From Nannocystales bacterium (GTDB taxonomy: Bacteria; Myxococcota_A; Polyangia; Nannocystales; Nannocystaceae): DNA of 64,000 nt. The notes below the pieces were generated by a model. That model made no database searches and was not told the DNA's origin. It saw only the letters and a list, made by a program, of their open reading frames with translations. The stretch spans positions 95,403 to 159,402 of the forward strand of contig JBOEGF010000027.1 of assembly GCA_050633305.1 (NCBI GenBank). The letters are read 5' to 3'. Below are positions 46,938 to 55,516 of this stretch, piece after piece (the stretch's first letter is position 1; the number at the start of each line of letters is the position of its first letter). The position numbers were made by a program, and so were the translations under genes.

Positions 46938-48503
46938 ATGCGGCAGGCCGCCATGCTCGGACTCGCGGTGGCGCTCGCCTGCGCCCCCGACGACCCGGAG
47001 ACCCCATCCTCGGAGATGGAGACCGAGCTCGACGAGGTGTTCGAGATCCCGAGCTTCATCGACCCTCCGAATGACGAGGTCACGATCGGTGTCGATCGGA
47101 GTCACGACCTGGTGCTCTCGGTGCGCGACATCCGGCCGGGTTTCACCCGTGTGTTCCTCGATGAGCAGAGCCTCGGAACTGGACTCGACGACCACGGGCC
47201 CGTCTCGCTGGACCCCGACGCGCTCACCGTCCACCTCGCCGGCGCTCTGGTGGTCGGCGAACACTCGCTTCAACTGCGCACCCTCACCCCCGAGGAGACC
47301 TTGGAGAGCGAGATCGTATCGCTGCGGGTTGTCGACGTGCAGACCGTCGACATCACGGCCACGATGAACGACGCGGTCGCGTTCGAAGCCGACGTGATCG
47401 ATGCCCAAGGACACGCCGACGCCGGCGTCTTGATGGGCTACGACCTCAGCGCGGACCCCGTCACCGTGACGCTCGCCGCCGCGCAGGACAACGGATGGGC
47501 CATCGCCGACCGACTGAGCGTGCCCCTGACCGGGTTCGACCGAACGGACGAGCCCCGGTTCACCGCCACGGCCGTCCTGCGCGAACGGGACGATACGCGC
47601 CGCCTCCGAATCGCGTGGCGAACCGGTGAGGAGGGGCGTGCCCTTCTCGGAACCGATGTGCTGTGGCCCGCGGCGACGGTCCATACCCAAGCGGTCGTCG
47701 ACCTTGCCGAGGCGTTCACCGGCTTCGAGTACTCGCGGCTGGGTCGACCCCTGATCCTGGGAGATACCCTCGTCGTCGAAGCACTGCTGTCTCCGGATGT
47801 GGAGCAACCCCTCCCGGGCTCCCGCACCCTCTTGACGAGCTACATCGATCCCCTCACCGGTCGATTTGGTCCGGCCAACGTCAGCGCCGTGGGTGCGGGA
47901 CGAGACATCGATCGTGTTGAGCCCGTCCGCGATCTGCTCACCCACGCCCGGGGCGGAACCCCCGGGTTCAGCGCCCGGGTCGCCGGCGTTCGGGCTGTGG
48001 TGTTTGACGTCGACTCTGGTACCGGAGCCCTCTCGGAGCGTCCGACGGGCGCAAGCGACCGTTTCAGCACCTTGACCGAGGCAAACGGCCCGACACACAC
48101 CATCATCGGGGCACTCGATTCGCGGCACGTCTTTGCCCCACTGCAGGCCGACAGTCCTCGGGTGTTCTTCCGTCAGTTCGACGACCGACGCAGCGGAGCG
48201 TCACAAGACGTCAGCCCCCCGGTGGACACACTCGCAGCGCTCGGCGACATGTCCGCCCCGATCGCGAGCACCGTGCTGGGAGGACTCCCCCTGTATCTCA
48301 TTCCCCAAGGCACGGAGGCTCCTGTGGCCGCCATCGTCAGCGCGGGCACCCCCCCGCACGTCGTGCTACTCGAAGGTCTCGCCTGCGACGAGATCGCAGT
48401 GCCGATCGTGTCCACCGACCCCATGACACGTGAGCTTTCGGCGGCGTGTCGGCGAGGCCGCGACGTCCACCGAAGCACCATCCGACTCGAAGAACCCGAA
48501 TGA
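46938..48503 (+). CDS. Hypothetical lipoprotein
   Basis: Lipobox ALAC; long beta-rich ORF; stop overlaps next start (ATGA). Confidence 0.7.
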   Translation: MRQAAMLGLAVALACAPDDPETPSSEMETELDEVFEIPSFIDPPNDEVTIGVDRSHDLVLSVRDIRPGFTRVFLDEQSLGTGLDDHGPVSLDPDALTVHLAGALVVGEHSLQLRTLTPEETLESEIVSLRVVDVQTVDITATMNDAVAFEADVIDAQGHADAGVLMGYDLSADPVTVTLAAAQDNGWAIADRLSVPLTGFDRTDEPRFTATAVLRERDDTRRLRIAWRTGEEGRALLGTDVLWPAATVHTQAVVDLAEAFTGFEYSRLGRPLILGDTLVVEALLSPDVEQPLPGSRTLLTSYIDPLTGRFGPANVSAVGAGRDIDRVEPVRDLLTHARGGTPGFSARVAGVRAVVFDVDSGTGALSERPTGASDRFSTLTEANGPTHTIIGALDSRHVFAPLQADSPRVFFRQFDDRRSGASQDVSPPVDTLAALGDMSAPIASTVLGGLPLYLIPQGTEAPVAAIVSAGTPPHVVLLEGLACDEIAVPIVSTDPMTRELSAACRRGRDVHRSTIRLEEPE

Positions 48504-49522
48504 AGAAACTCCTCGCGATGGTCGTACTCGCCGGACTCGGACTCTCGGGGGCCGCATGGTGGCTCACCCGGACTGAGGACATCCCTGAAGTGCTCGACGA
48601 GGTCGAGGCCAGCCCCGCGGTCATCGAGATCCCGGGCATGAACGGGCAGCCCCCGCTCAAGCTCGACGCCCTCCAGGGAAAGACCGTCGTCATCGCCGTC
48701 AGCGGTACTTGGTCCGCCAAGTCCCCCGAGGGAGAAGCCACCAACCGCGCCTTGTCCCGGTGGGTGTACCCCGAGAGCACAGTCGGCTATGCGGTCGCCG
48801 ATGCCGGAGGCCTGGGCGTGTTCGCGGAGCGAATCGAGGCCACGATGGCGAGCTATGCCACGGAGATCCGGTTTCCGCTGTACGTCGACTTCGAGGGCGT
48901 GTTCATCGAGACCTTCAAGCTGCCCAAGGGCCACCATGGGCTCGTCGTCTTGGGACCCGACGGAAGCATCCTGCAGCGCCACAGTGGCGGACTCGAGGGG
49001 GAAGCGTTGGAGGCGCTACGCGAGCAGTTGGGCGCGAGCGAACCGGAGTTGGGGCCGCCCATGCCTGAGCTATCCGCCGGCGCGCTCGACACCGCGGCAT
49101 GCCAGCAAACCGTCTGCGCATTCCTTTACAGCGGTCCAGATCCCGTCGTACGCGCAGACATTCCACGCATGAAGCCCGGGGGGTTCCAAGGCGACGACGA
49201 CGTCCGCCTGCAGCAGATGCGAAAACCTCCGGTCCGGCTCATCACCCTCGCGCGAAAGATGAAACTGACCAGCACCCGAGGCGCGTTCATCGGCAACATC
49301 GCCGACGACATCAGCAGCGAGGGCTGGGAACGCGTCAACCTCTCGGACGGCGCAGATGCCCTGGCCGCACTCGGGTTCGGCGACGAGCCGGGACTCATCG
49401 TGTTCGACCACGGCAAGGAGGCGGTCCGGGTATCCGGGCTGGTTCCTCTGCATCAATGGGGGCGCGTCGCCGACCTGCTGGACATCCAGGGGTTCAACGA
49501 TCGACGCCCCCCGCGGGAGTGA
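48500..49522 (+). CDS. Membrane-anchored TlpA/thioredoxin-like fold protein lacking CxxC
   Basis: LDALQGKTVVIAVSGTWSAKS, FPLYVD, VVLGPDGSILQRHSG resemble TlpA pattern. Confidence 0.6.
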   Translation: MKKLLAMVVLAGLGLSGAAWWLTRTEDIPEVLDEVEASPAVIEIPGMNGQPPLKLDALQGKTVVIAVSGTWSAKSPEGEATNRALSRWVYPESTVGYAVADAGGLGVFAERIEATMASYATEIRFPLYVDFEGVFIETFKLPKGHHGLVVLGPDGSILQRHSGGLEGEALEALREQLGASEPELGPPMPELSAGALDTAACQQTVCAFLYSGPDPVVRADIPRMKPGGFQGDDDVRLQQMRKPPVRLITLARKMKLTSTRGAFIGNIADDISSEGWERVNLSDGADALAALGFGDEPGLIVFDHGKEAVRVSGLVPLHQWGRVADLLDIQGFNDRRPPRE

Positions 49523-49607
49523 CAGCGGTCCGCCCGGAGGACCGACACCGCACAACATAACCTCCGAGGTCATCGAAACCGGGCCCCCGGAGGCTAGGCC
49601 AAGGACC

Positions 49608-50597
49608 ATGCTGCTCCGCGTCCTGGTGCTCTTGACCCTCTCCTGCCTCACCGGCTGCAACGCCCAACGGTTCTTCATGAGCACCGCTGTGGGGGGACTC
49701 GCAGACTACTTCGAGCATCCCTCGTCCGCCGAGGAGACCCTGGAGGAAGTTGCGCCCGGCGTGTTCACGTTCCAGAGCCGCTGGGAGCGAGCCCTGGTGG
49801 TGCAGACCCGAGATGGGCTCGTGATCACCGATCCCTTCAACCCAACCTTTGCCAGAGCACTGCGCTCCCGCCTCGAAAAGGACGGACTGTGGCAGCCCGT
49901 CCAGACAGTCATCTACTCACACCACCACCTCGACCATGTCGGCGGCGCGGCCGTGCTCGAGCCAGCAGAAGTTCTGGCCCACGAGGATGCCCCGGCACAC
50001 TGGGCCGCGCTCAGTCCCCGGGACCTGCTACAGCCCACCCGGCTCGTCCGAGGGGACACGACGCTACGGTACGGCGGCCGACGAATCGACCTGGTGGCCA
50101 TTCCCCGTGCCCACGCCGAGACTCACTTCGCGGTTCGGGTCGACGACCGTGTCCTGTATGCGCCCGACACAGTTGCACCAGGCATCATGCTGCTCGGTGG
50201 CCTTCCCGGCGTTCCGCTCGAAGGCTACTTCGCCGACATGCAGCGGCTACAGGGGCTCGAGTTCGATGTCTTCGTCGCAAGTCACTTCGGGTACGCCCCG
50301 AAGACGGAGTTCGTGCGCACGGTTGCGATGATGCGAGACCTGAATGCGATCGGTCAGGACGTCGTCGCCGAGCATCGAGAGGACGGCGGTTTTCACACCG
50401 ACAAGCCCACGCTCAAACGCGCATTCAAGGAGTTCTACGACCGGACGCATGCGAAGTACGGGGACTGGCACGGCTTCGACACCCACATCCTCAGCGCATT
50501 CGTTCGCATCTACACCGCCGACCTTCTCGGGGACACGGCCCCCCTCGGATCGCCGGTGTGTCACGCGAGCATGCACGACGCAGGCACGGACGCGTGA
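49608..50597 (+). CDS. MBL-fold metallo-hydrolase lipoprotein
   Basis: Lipobox LTGC; YSHHHLDHVGG, later H, D and H ligands. Confidence 0.85.
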   Translation: MLLRVLVLLTLSCLTGCNAQRFFMSTAVGGLADYFEHPSSAEETLEEVAPGVFTFQSRWERALVVQTRDGLVITDPFNPTFARALRSRLEKDGLWQPVQTVIYSHHHLDHVGGAAVLEPAEVLAHEDAPAHWAALSPRDLLQPTRLVRGDTTLRYGGRRIDLVAIPRAHAETHFAVRVDDRVLYAPDTVAPGIMLLGGLPGVPLEGYFADMQRLQGLEFDVFVASHFGYAPKTEFVRTVAMMRDLNAIGQDVVAEHREDGGFHTDKPTLKRAFKEFYDRTHAKYGDWHGFDTHILSAFVRIYTADLLGDTAPLGSPVCHASMHDAGTDA

Positions 50598-50648
50598 ACC
50601 TCTCGGTCCGGCAAACCCGAAGTCGCACGGCTCAAGGCCGCCGAAGCG

Positions 50649-51554
50649 TCACCAATGAAACACCACCCCGTACTGCGCGGTGTAGGGCTGCCCGGTGCCA
50701 TATGGGTTGGCGGTCCACACCGCACAGCCGTCGCCAAGGACGAGCTCCCCTTGGGCGACCTGATAGTCGAGGTCGATGTAGTAGTACTCGGACTCGGGGA
50801 ACTGGTTGTACGCTCGGAGGTGCGGGTAGTTCACGACCTGAGGCGGAAACCCGTAGAGCACCCCGTCGTCGTCCGGGTAGCCGCCGACGCCAAAGGTCTC
50901 GTGTTGCATCGACAACTCGGCGACACCGTTGTTGTCGAACAACACCAGGTTCATCGCGGCTTCGAGGTCCGTGTACGCCGTGACCACCCCGCCGGACCAC
51001 GTGAGGTACGAAATGATCCAGTCTTGGCCGAGTCCCCACGGGCCACAGTCGTCCCCTGTGCAGGTTCGTGTTCGCACCTGAATCGTGGAGCTGGCGAGCT
51101 CGTTCCGCGGCATGCCCCCAAGCTCGGCAAGGGCCTCGGCTCCGGTCCACGCGACGCCGTTGCAGGCCGCGGGGTCGAAGGGGTCATCGGAGAGCGGGGT
51201 GTCGCCGGAACTCTCGCCTCCGCCAGTCTCCGTCTCCGTGGCGGATGCGCCACCGGTGGTCGAGGTCTCGTCCGCGGACGCCCCTCCCGTCGAGGCCCCA
51301 TTCGTCGCGCTCGACGACCCGGTCGGATCCTGTGAGTCCCCTGCCGTGTCCCCGTCGCCACTCGTGGGACTGCTCGAGCCCTCGGACCCGGCGGAGGCAG
51401 TCTCGGTGGCGGTCGACGTGGCGCCGCCCCCCGATTCGGCCCCACTCGCGCCCGAGGCCCCACTGGCACTGCCGAATGGGGACGAGCCGCCCCCTTCCGC
51501 GCCACACGCGGCAAGACACAGACACATCGCGACGGCAGGGACGGAAAGGCGCAC
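50649..51554 (-). CDS. Hypothetical lipoprotein with Ser/Thr/Gly linker
   Basis: LAAC lipobox, long low-complexity linker, globular Tyr/Trp-rich C-terminus; start uncertain. Confidence 0.7.
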   Translation of the reverse strand: MRLSVPAVAMCLCLAACGAEGGGSSPFGSASGASGASGAESGGGATSTATETASAGSEGSSSPTSGDGDTAGDSQDPTGSSSATNGASTGGASADETSTTGGASATETETGGGESSGDTPLSDDPFDPAACNGVAWTGAEALAELGGMPRNELASSTIQVRTRTCTGDDCGPWGLGQDWIISYLTWSGGVVTAYTDLEAAMNLVLFDNNGVAELSMQHETFGVGGYPDDDGVLYGFPPQVVNYPHLRAYNQFPESEYYYIDLDYQVAQGELVLGDGCAVWTANPYGTGQPYTAQYGVVFHW

Positions 51555-51622
51555 GATGCTTTCCAGACGTGCACCGCAGTGCCAGGTTGCAACCAATCGG
51601 TGAGAACAGGTGCACGCCGAAC

Positions 51623-52111
51623 TCACCCGCTGGGAAGGAACACGGAGAACACGAAGTCCTCCCCGCCACCATGGCAGCCGATACAATCATCGGGTCGTTT
51701 CGACGTGAGCGGAGCACGATCGCCGTCGACCTGGGCCCATGCCCAACCGCCCTCGCTCTTCGCCATGACCTGGACGAGAAAAGGATCGGGCGCGTCCTCA
51801 CTCTCGTAGCTTTCGCACACCGCAGCGACGCCCTCAGGCCACGCATCCAGCGCGCCCTCGCCGAAGAACGCATCCAGCAGTACGGGGTGCAGATAGACCT
51901 CGACCCACGGCCCGTGGGCTCCGGATGCTTGGCGGCGGCGCGGCAGGTCCGCAGAGGTCGGCGGCGCGTCCCATGCTTTGTATCCATCCGACTCGACCGA
52001 ACCCACAAGCGCCAGCGCGGAGTCGTCTCCTAGCGAGACCCGCTCCGGCGAATCGGCCAAGCATCCGAGCAAGAGCGCTCCGCTGAGGCACGCTGAGGCG
52101 AGCAGCCGCAC
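51623..52111 (-). CDS. Cytochrome P460 / c'-beta-like lipoprotein
   Basis: LLGC lipobox, YKAW, VEVYL, WPEG...V.E, MAK...WAW, C-terminal CIGCH...DFVF; start 52111 or 52141. Confidence 0.7.
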   Translation of the reverse strand: MRLLASACLSGALLLGCLADSPERVSLGDDSALALVGSVESDGYKAWDAPPTSADLPRRRQASGAHGPWVEVYLHPVLLDAFFGEGALDAWPEGVAAVCESYESEDAPDPFLVQVMAKSEGGWAWAQVDGDRAPLTSKRPDDCIGCHGGGEDFVFSVFLPSG

Positions 52112-52139
52112 GAGTGCAGCGTACGTGGTAGACGGGCGC

Positions 52140-53450
52140 ATGGCCAAGGGTCCCTCGGCGCGCCGCGTTGCGGTCCGCGTCCTTCAAGACGTCGAGCGCG
52201 GCACGGGGTTCAGCAACCGCGCGCTGTCCAGGCAACTCGAGCGCCATCCAGGAATGGATCCGCGCGACCGTGGTCTCACCACGACCCTGGTCTACGGGGT
52301 GCTCCGCCACAGATCGCGGCTCGATGCCCACATCGACACCCACGCCAAACGTCCCAAGGGCCTCAAAGGGGAGACCCGGCAGGTCTTGAGGATCGCAACC
52401 TACGAGATGCTGGACCTTGGCCGCTCCCCTGCGATCGCGATCAGTGAGGCCCTTCGCGCGCTCCAGAAGGCCGGGCCACTCAAAGGGGCCGCACAGGCGA
52501 TTCTCGGGGCTGTCGGTCGGGAAGGTCCCGCACTCCAAGAACGCTGGGCCGCGGGAAAACCGCTCGCTGTCCTCGACCGTCGCTGGTCGATCCCACGGTG
52601 GCTCGGCGGGCGTTGGATCAAGACCCTCGGCGCAGAGGCGGCGATACAACGCGCGACGATCTTGGCCGAGCCCCCCCCGGTCGACCTGCGGGTCGACCTC
52701 GGCCGTATCAGCGCCGACGATGCTGTCACCCGGCTCGAATCGGAGCATCCAGGCATCGAGATCAGCCGCGTCCCGGACCAACCCCAGGCCCTACGGACGC
52801 GAGGCGGCGGCGACCTCTTCTTCGGCCCGATGCACGGCGAAGGCCTGATCTCCGTGCAAGGCCTCGCCGCGCAGCAAGCCGCGCTCGCCCTGCAACCTCA
52901 ACCGGGCATGCGCGTCCTCGATGCGTGCGCTGGCCTGGGCGTCAAGACGCTGCAGCTCGCGGAGCTGATGGACGGCCGCGGGACAATCGTTGCGGCCGAC
53001 CTCGACCCGCGCCAGATCGAAGAGGCCCTGGCCCAAGTCGGACGTGGGCGACTTGCGAATGAAGAACTCACGCTCACGCACGTCGAAGCCGACCTTGCGG
53101 GCGACCACCCCGATCTCGACGATTCTCCGTTCGACGCCGTGCTGCTCGACGTGCCGTGTACGGGGCTGGGCAACCTCGCACGACACCCGGAGATCCGCTG
53201 GAACCGAAGCTACGAGGACATCGGGTCCCGCGCTGAGCTACAGCAACAACTCCTACGCCGCAACTTGGCACGGGTCCGCTCCGGTGGAGCCCTCGTGTAT
53301 GCCGTGTGCAGCTTTGCTCCCGAGGAGGGCCCAGACATCGTCGAGACCGTCGTCTCGGACGGCTCGGCCACACTGGAGGTCTCTCGCACCTGGACACCCG
53401 AGGGGGATCAGACCGAGGGGTTCTACGTTGCTCGACTGCGACGGCCCTGA
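52140..53450 (+). CDS. rsmB: 16S rRNA m5C methyltransferase RsmB/NOP family with NusB-like domain
   Basis: DRGLTTTLVYGVLR, LDACAGLGVKT, LLDVPCTGLG, YAVCS, GFYVARL. Confidence 0.88.
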   Translation: MAKGPSARRVAVRVLQDVERGTGFSNRALSRQLERHPGMDPRDRGLTTTLVYGVLRHRSRLDAHIDTHAKRPKGLKGETRQVLRIATYEMLDLGRSPAIAISEALRALQKAGPLKGAAQAILGAVGREGPALQERWAAGKPLAVLDRRWSIPRWLGGRWIKTLGAEAAIQRATILAEPPPVDLRVDLGRISADDAVTRLESEHPGIEISRVPDQPQALRTRGGGDLFFGPMHGEGLISVQGLAAQQAALALQPQPGMRVLDACAGLGVKTLQLAELMDGRGTIVAADLDPRQIEEALAQVGRGRLANEELTLTHVEADLAGDHPDLDDSPFDAVLLDVPCTGLGNLARHPEIRWNRSYEDIGSRAELQQQLLRRNLARVRSGGALVYAVCSFAPEEGPDIVETVVSDGSATLEVSRTWTPEGDQTEGFYVARLRRP

Positions 53451-53525
53451 GGCGTTCCCCACCGCGGAGGTTCGGGGTACTGTTCCGCCTCGCATGCCGC
53501 GGTCATTTCAGGAGGGTCCACGCTG

Positions 53526-54482
53526 ATGGGCGTGTGGTTGCTCCCCGCGGTCATGTTGTTGGGCGGCCTCGTGTTGCTCGCGACCGCAGCCGACCGGTTT
53601 GTGCTCTCCGCTGCGCGCCTTTCCAAGGTTTGGGGGGTCTCTCCGATCCTCATCGGCGCACTCGTCGTGGGCATGGGTACGTCCTCGCCCGAGCTGCTCG
53701 TATCCGTGCTCGCGGCGCTCTCCGGTGAAGTCGACCTCGCGGTGGGCAACGCCGTCGGGTCCAACGTCGCCAACGTCACCCTCGTGCTTGGCGCGACCGC
53801 GGTCCTCGCCCCTCTCACCGGCAGCCTCCGGGTGCTACGCCGCGAAGGCATCCTGATGTTCCTCGCCGTGTGCGCCTTCGCAGTGGCGGTCTACGATCTC
53901 GAGCTGCAACGCTTTGAAGGCGTGATCCTTCTGTCGTCGATGGCCCTCGCAGCCTTCCTCGTCGTTCGTTGGGCCCGCGCGGATCAGAAGGCTGGCTTGG
54001 CTGCCCCCGACGACGACGACACCGACGTCAGCGAGATCAGCAAGCCGAAAGAGATCGGGATGGGCGTGCTCGCCTTGCTCCTGACGCTGCTCGGCGCAGA
54101 ACTCCTCGTTCGCGGAGGGACCGACCTGGCGTCCCACATGGGCGTGGACTCTGCGTTCGTCGGCCTCACGCTCGTCGCCGTCGGCACCTCGCTCCCCGAG
54201 CTCGCCACCTCGATCGCAGGTGTGCGTCGGGGCGAGCACGACATGGTCATCGGCAACGTCGTCGGGTCGAACCTGTTCAATGCCCTCGCGGTGGCCGGAG
54301 TCGCAGGCACCCTCGGGCCCGGCCCCATCGACCCGAGCTTTCGCCTCGCGAGCCTTGTGATGGTCGGATGCGCCGCCCTCGCAGGTCTGCTCGCGTTCAC
54401 GGGACGCGAGCTGGTGCGCTGGGAAGGCATCCTGCTGATGTTCGGCTTCGCCGGGTTCGTCTGGTTGAGCTACATCGGGTAG
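53526..54482 (+). CDS. Calcium/sodium antiporter (YrbG-like)
   Basis: Two alpha repeats GTSSPE...GNAVGSN and GTSLPE...GNVVGSN. Confidence 0.92.
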   Translation: MGVWLLPAVMLLGGLVLLATAADRFVLSAARLSKVWGVSPILIGALVVGMGTSSPELLVSVLAALSGEVDLAVGNAVGSNVANVTLVLGATAVLAPLTGSLRVLRREGILMFLAVCAFAVAVYDLELQRFEGVILLSSMALAAFLVVRWARADQKAGLAAPDDDDTDVSEISKPKEIGMGVLALLLTLLGAELLVRGGTDLASHMGVDSAFVGLTLVAVGTSLPELATSIAGVRRGEHDMVIGNVVGSNLFNALAVAGVAGTLGPGPIDPSFRLASLVMVGCAALAGLLAFTGRELVRWEGILLMFGFAGFVWLSYIG

Positions 54483-54492
54483 CTTCCGCCAC

Positions 54493-55191
54493 ATGGCTGC
54501 CCAGGCCCCTCGAATCGCGCCGTCGATCCTCAGCGCTGACTTCGCCCGACTCGGGGAAGAAGTTCGCGCCATCGACGAGGGCGGCGCCGACTGGATTCAC
54601 GTCGACGTCATGGACGGCCGCTTCGTCCCCAACCTGACGATCGGCCCGGGGATCGTGAAGGCGCTTCGGCCCCACACCACCAAGACGATGGACTGCCACC
54701 TGATGATCGTCGAGCCCGAGAAGTACGTGGCCGACTTCGCGTCCGCGGGGGCCGACATCATCACGGTTCACGTCGAGGCATGCCCGCACCTACATCGTAA
54801 CCTCCAGCAGATTCGCGCCCTGCCCCACCACGCGGGACAACGTGTCCTGGCCGGCGTCAGCCTCAACCCGCACACGCCGGTCGAGTCGGTCCTGCACGTC
54901 CTCCCGCTGTGCGACCTCGTGCTCATCATGAGCGTGAACCCAGGCTTTGGCGGACAGTCCTTCATTGAGGAGGTTCGGCCGAAGATTCGAGCCCTGCGCG
55001 CGGCGATCGATGCCCAGGGATTGAGCACGACCATTCAAGTCGATGGAGGCGTCAGCGACCTCAACGTCGCCGAGATCGCCGGCGACGGCGCGGACTGCTT
55101 CGTGGCGGGCAGCGCCGTGTTCCGCAATCCCCGGCACCCAGACGACTACGCCGGAGCGATCAAAGCCATCCGCTCGGCCGCGAGCCGCTGA
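54493..55191 (+). CDS. rpe: Ribulose-phosphate 3-epimerase
   Basis: IAPSILSADF, HVDVMDGRFVPN, MSVNPGFGGQ, VDGG, VAGSA. Confidence 0.97.
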   Translation: MAAQAPRIAPSILSADFARLGEEVRAIDEGGADWIHVDVMDGRFVPNLTIGPGIVKALRPHTTKTMDCHLMIVEPEKYVADFASAGADIITVHVEACPHLHRNLQQIRALPHHAGQRVLAGVSLNPHTPVESVLHVLPLCDLVLIMSVNPGFGGQSFIEEVRPKIRALRAAIDAQGLSTTIQVDGGVSDLNVAEIAGDGADCFVAGSAVFRNPRHPDDYAGAIKAIRSAASR

Positions 55192-55268
55192 GACCGTCGG
55201 CTTCTGATTCGCGTCGTTTTTCGCTTGCCAAAGTGACCGAAGCAGCATTACAAACTTCGCGGTCACAC

Positions 55269-55340
55269 GGCCCCATCGTTCAGCGGTTAGGACGCGAGGT
55301 TTTCATCCTTGAAACCAGGGTTCGATTCCCTGTGGGGTCA
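55269..55340 (+). tRNA. tRNA-Glu(TTC)
   Basis: GGCCCCA/TGGGGTC acceptor, CGAGG-TTTTCAT-CCTTG anticodon arm, CAGGG-TTCGATT-CCCTG T arm; CCA not encoded. Confidence 0.95.
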
Positions 55341-55346
55341 CTTTTT

Positions 55347-55385
55347 GAAGAGCCGAGGCGTACACGCTCTCGGCTTTTCTCTTTT
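55347..55385 (+). terminator. Rho-independent terminator after tRNA-Glu
   Basis: AGCCGAG/CTCGGCT stem followed by T-rich tract. Confidence 0.75.
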
Positions 55386-55516
55386 CGTAGTGACCATCAG
55401 CCGGAGCAGCGTTCGCCCGGGCTGGCACCCGCCGAACCCCGCCCCGCCTCCCACGCGACCACTGCCCCCCGCGCTCACCAAGGTTCCACCGTCCCAGCAG
55501 GCAGCGAGTTGCAGAG

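Noticed and set aside
51570..51584. Sigma54 promoter upstream of the 51554 lipoprotein
   Set aside because: GG-to-GC spacing is 9 nt rather than the required 10
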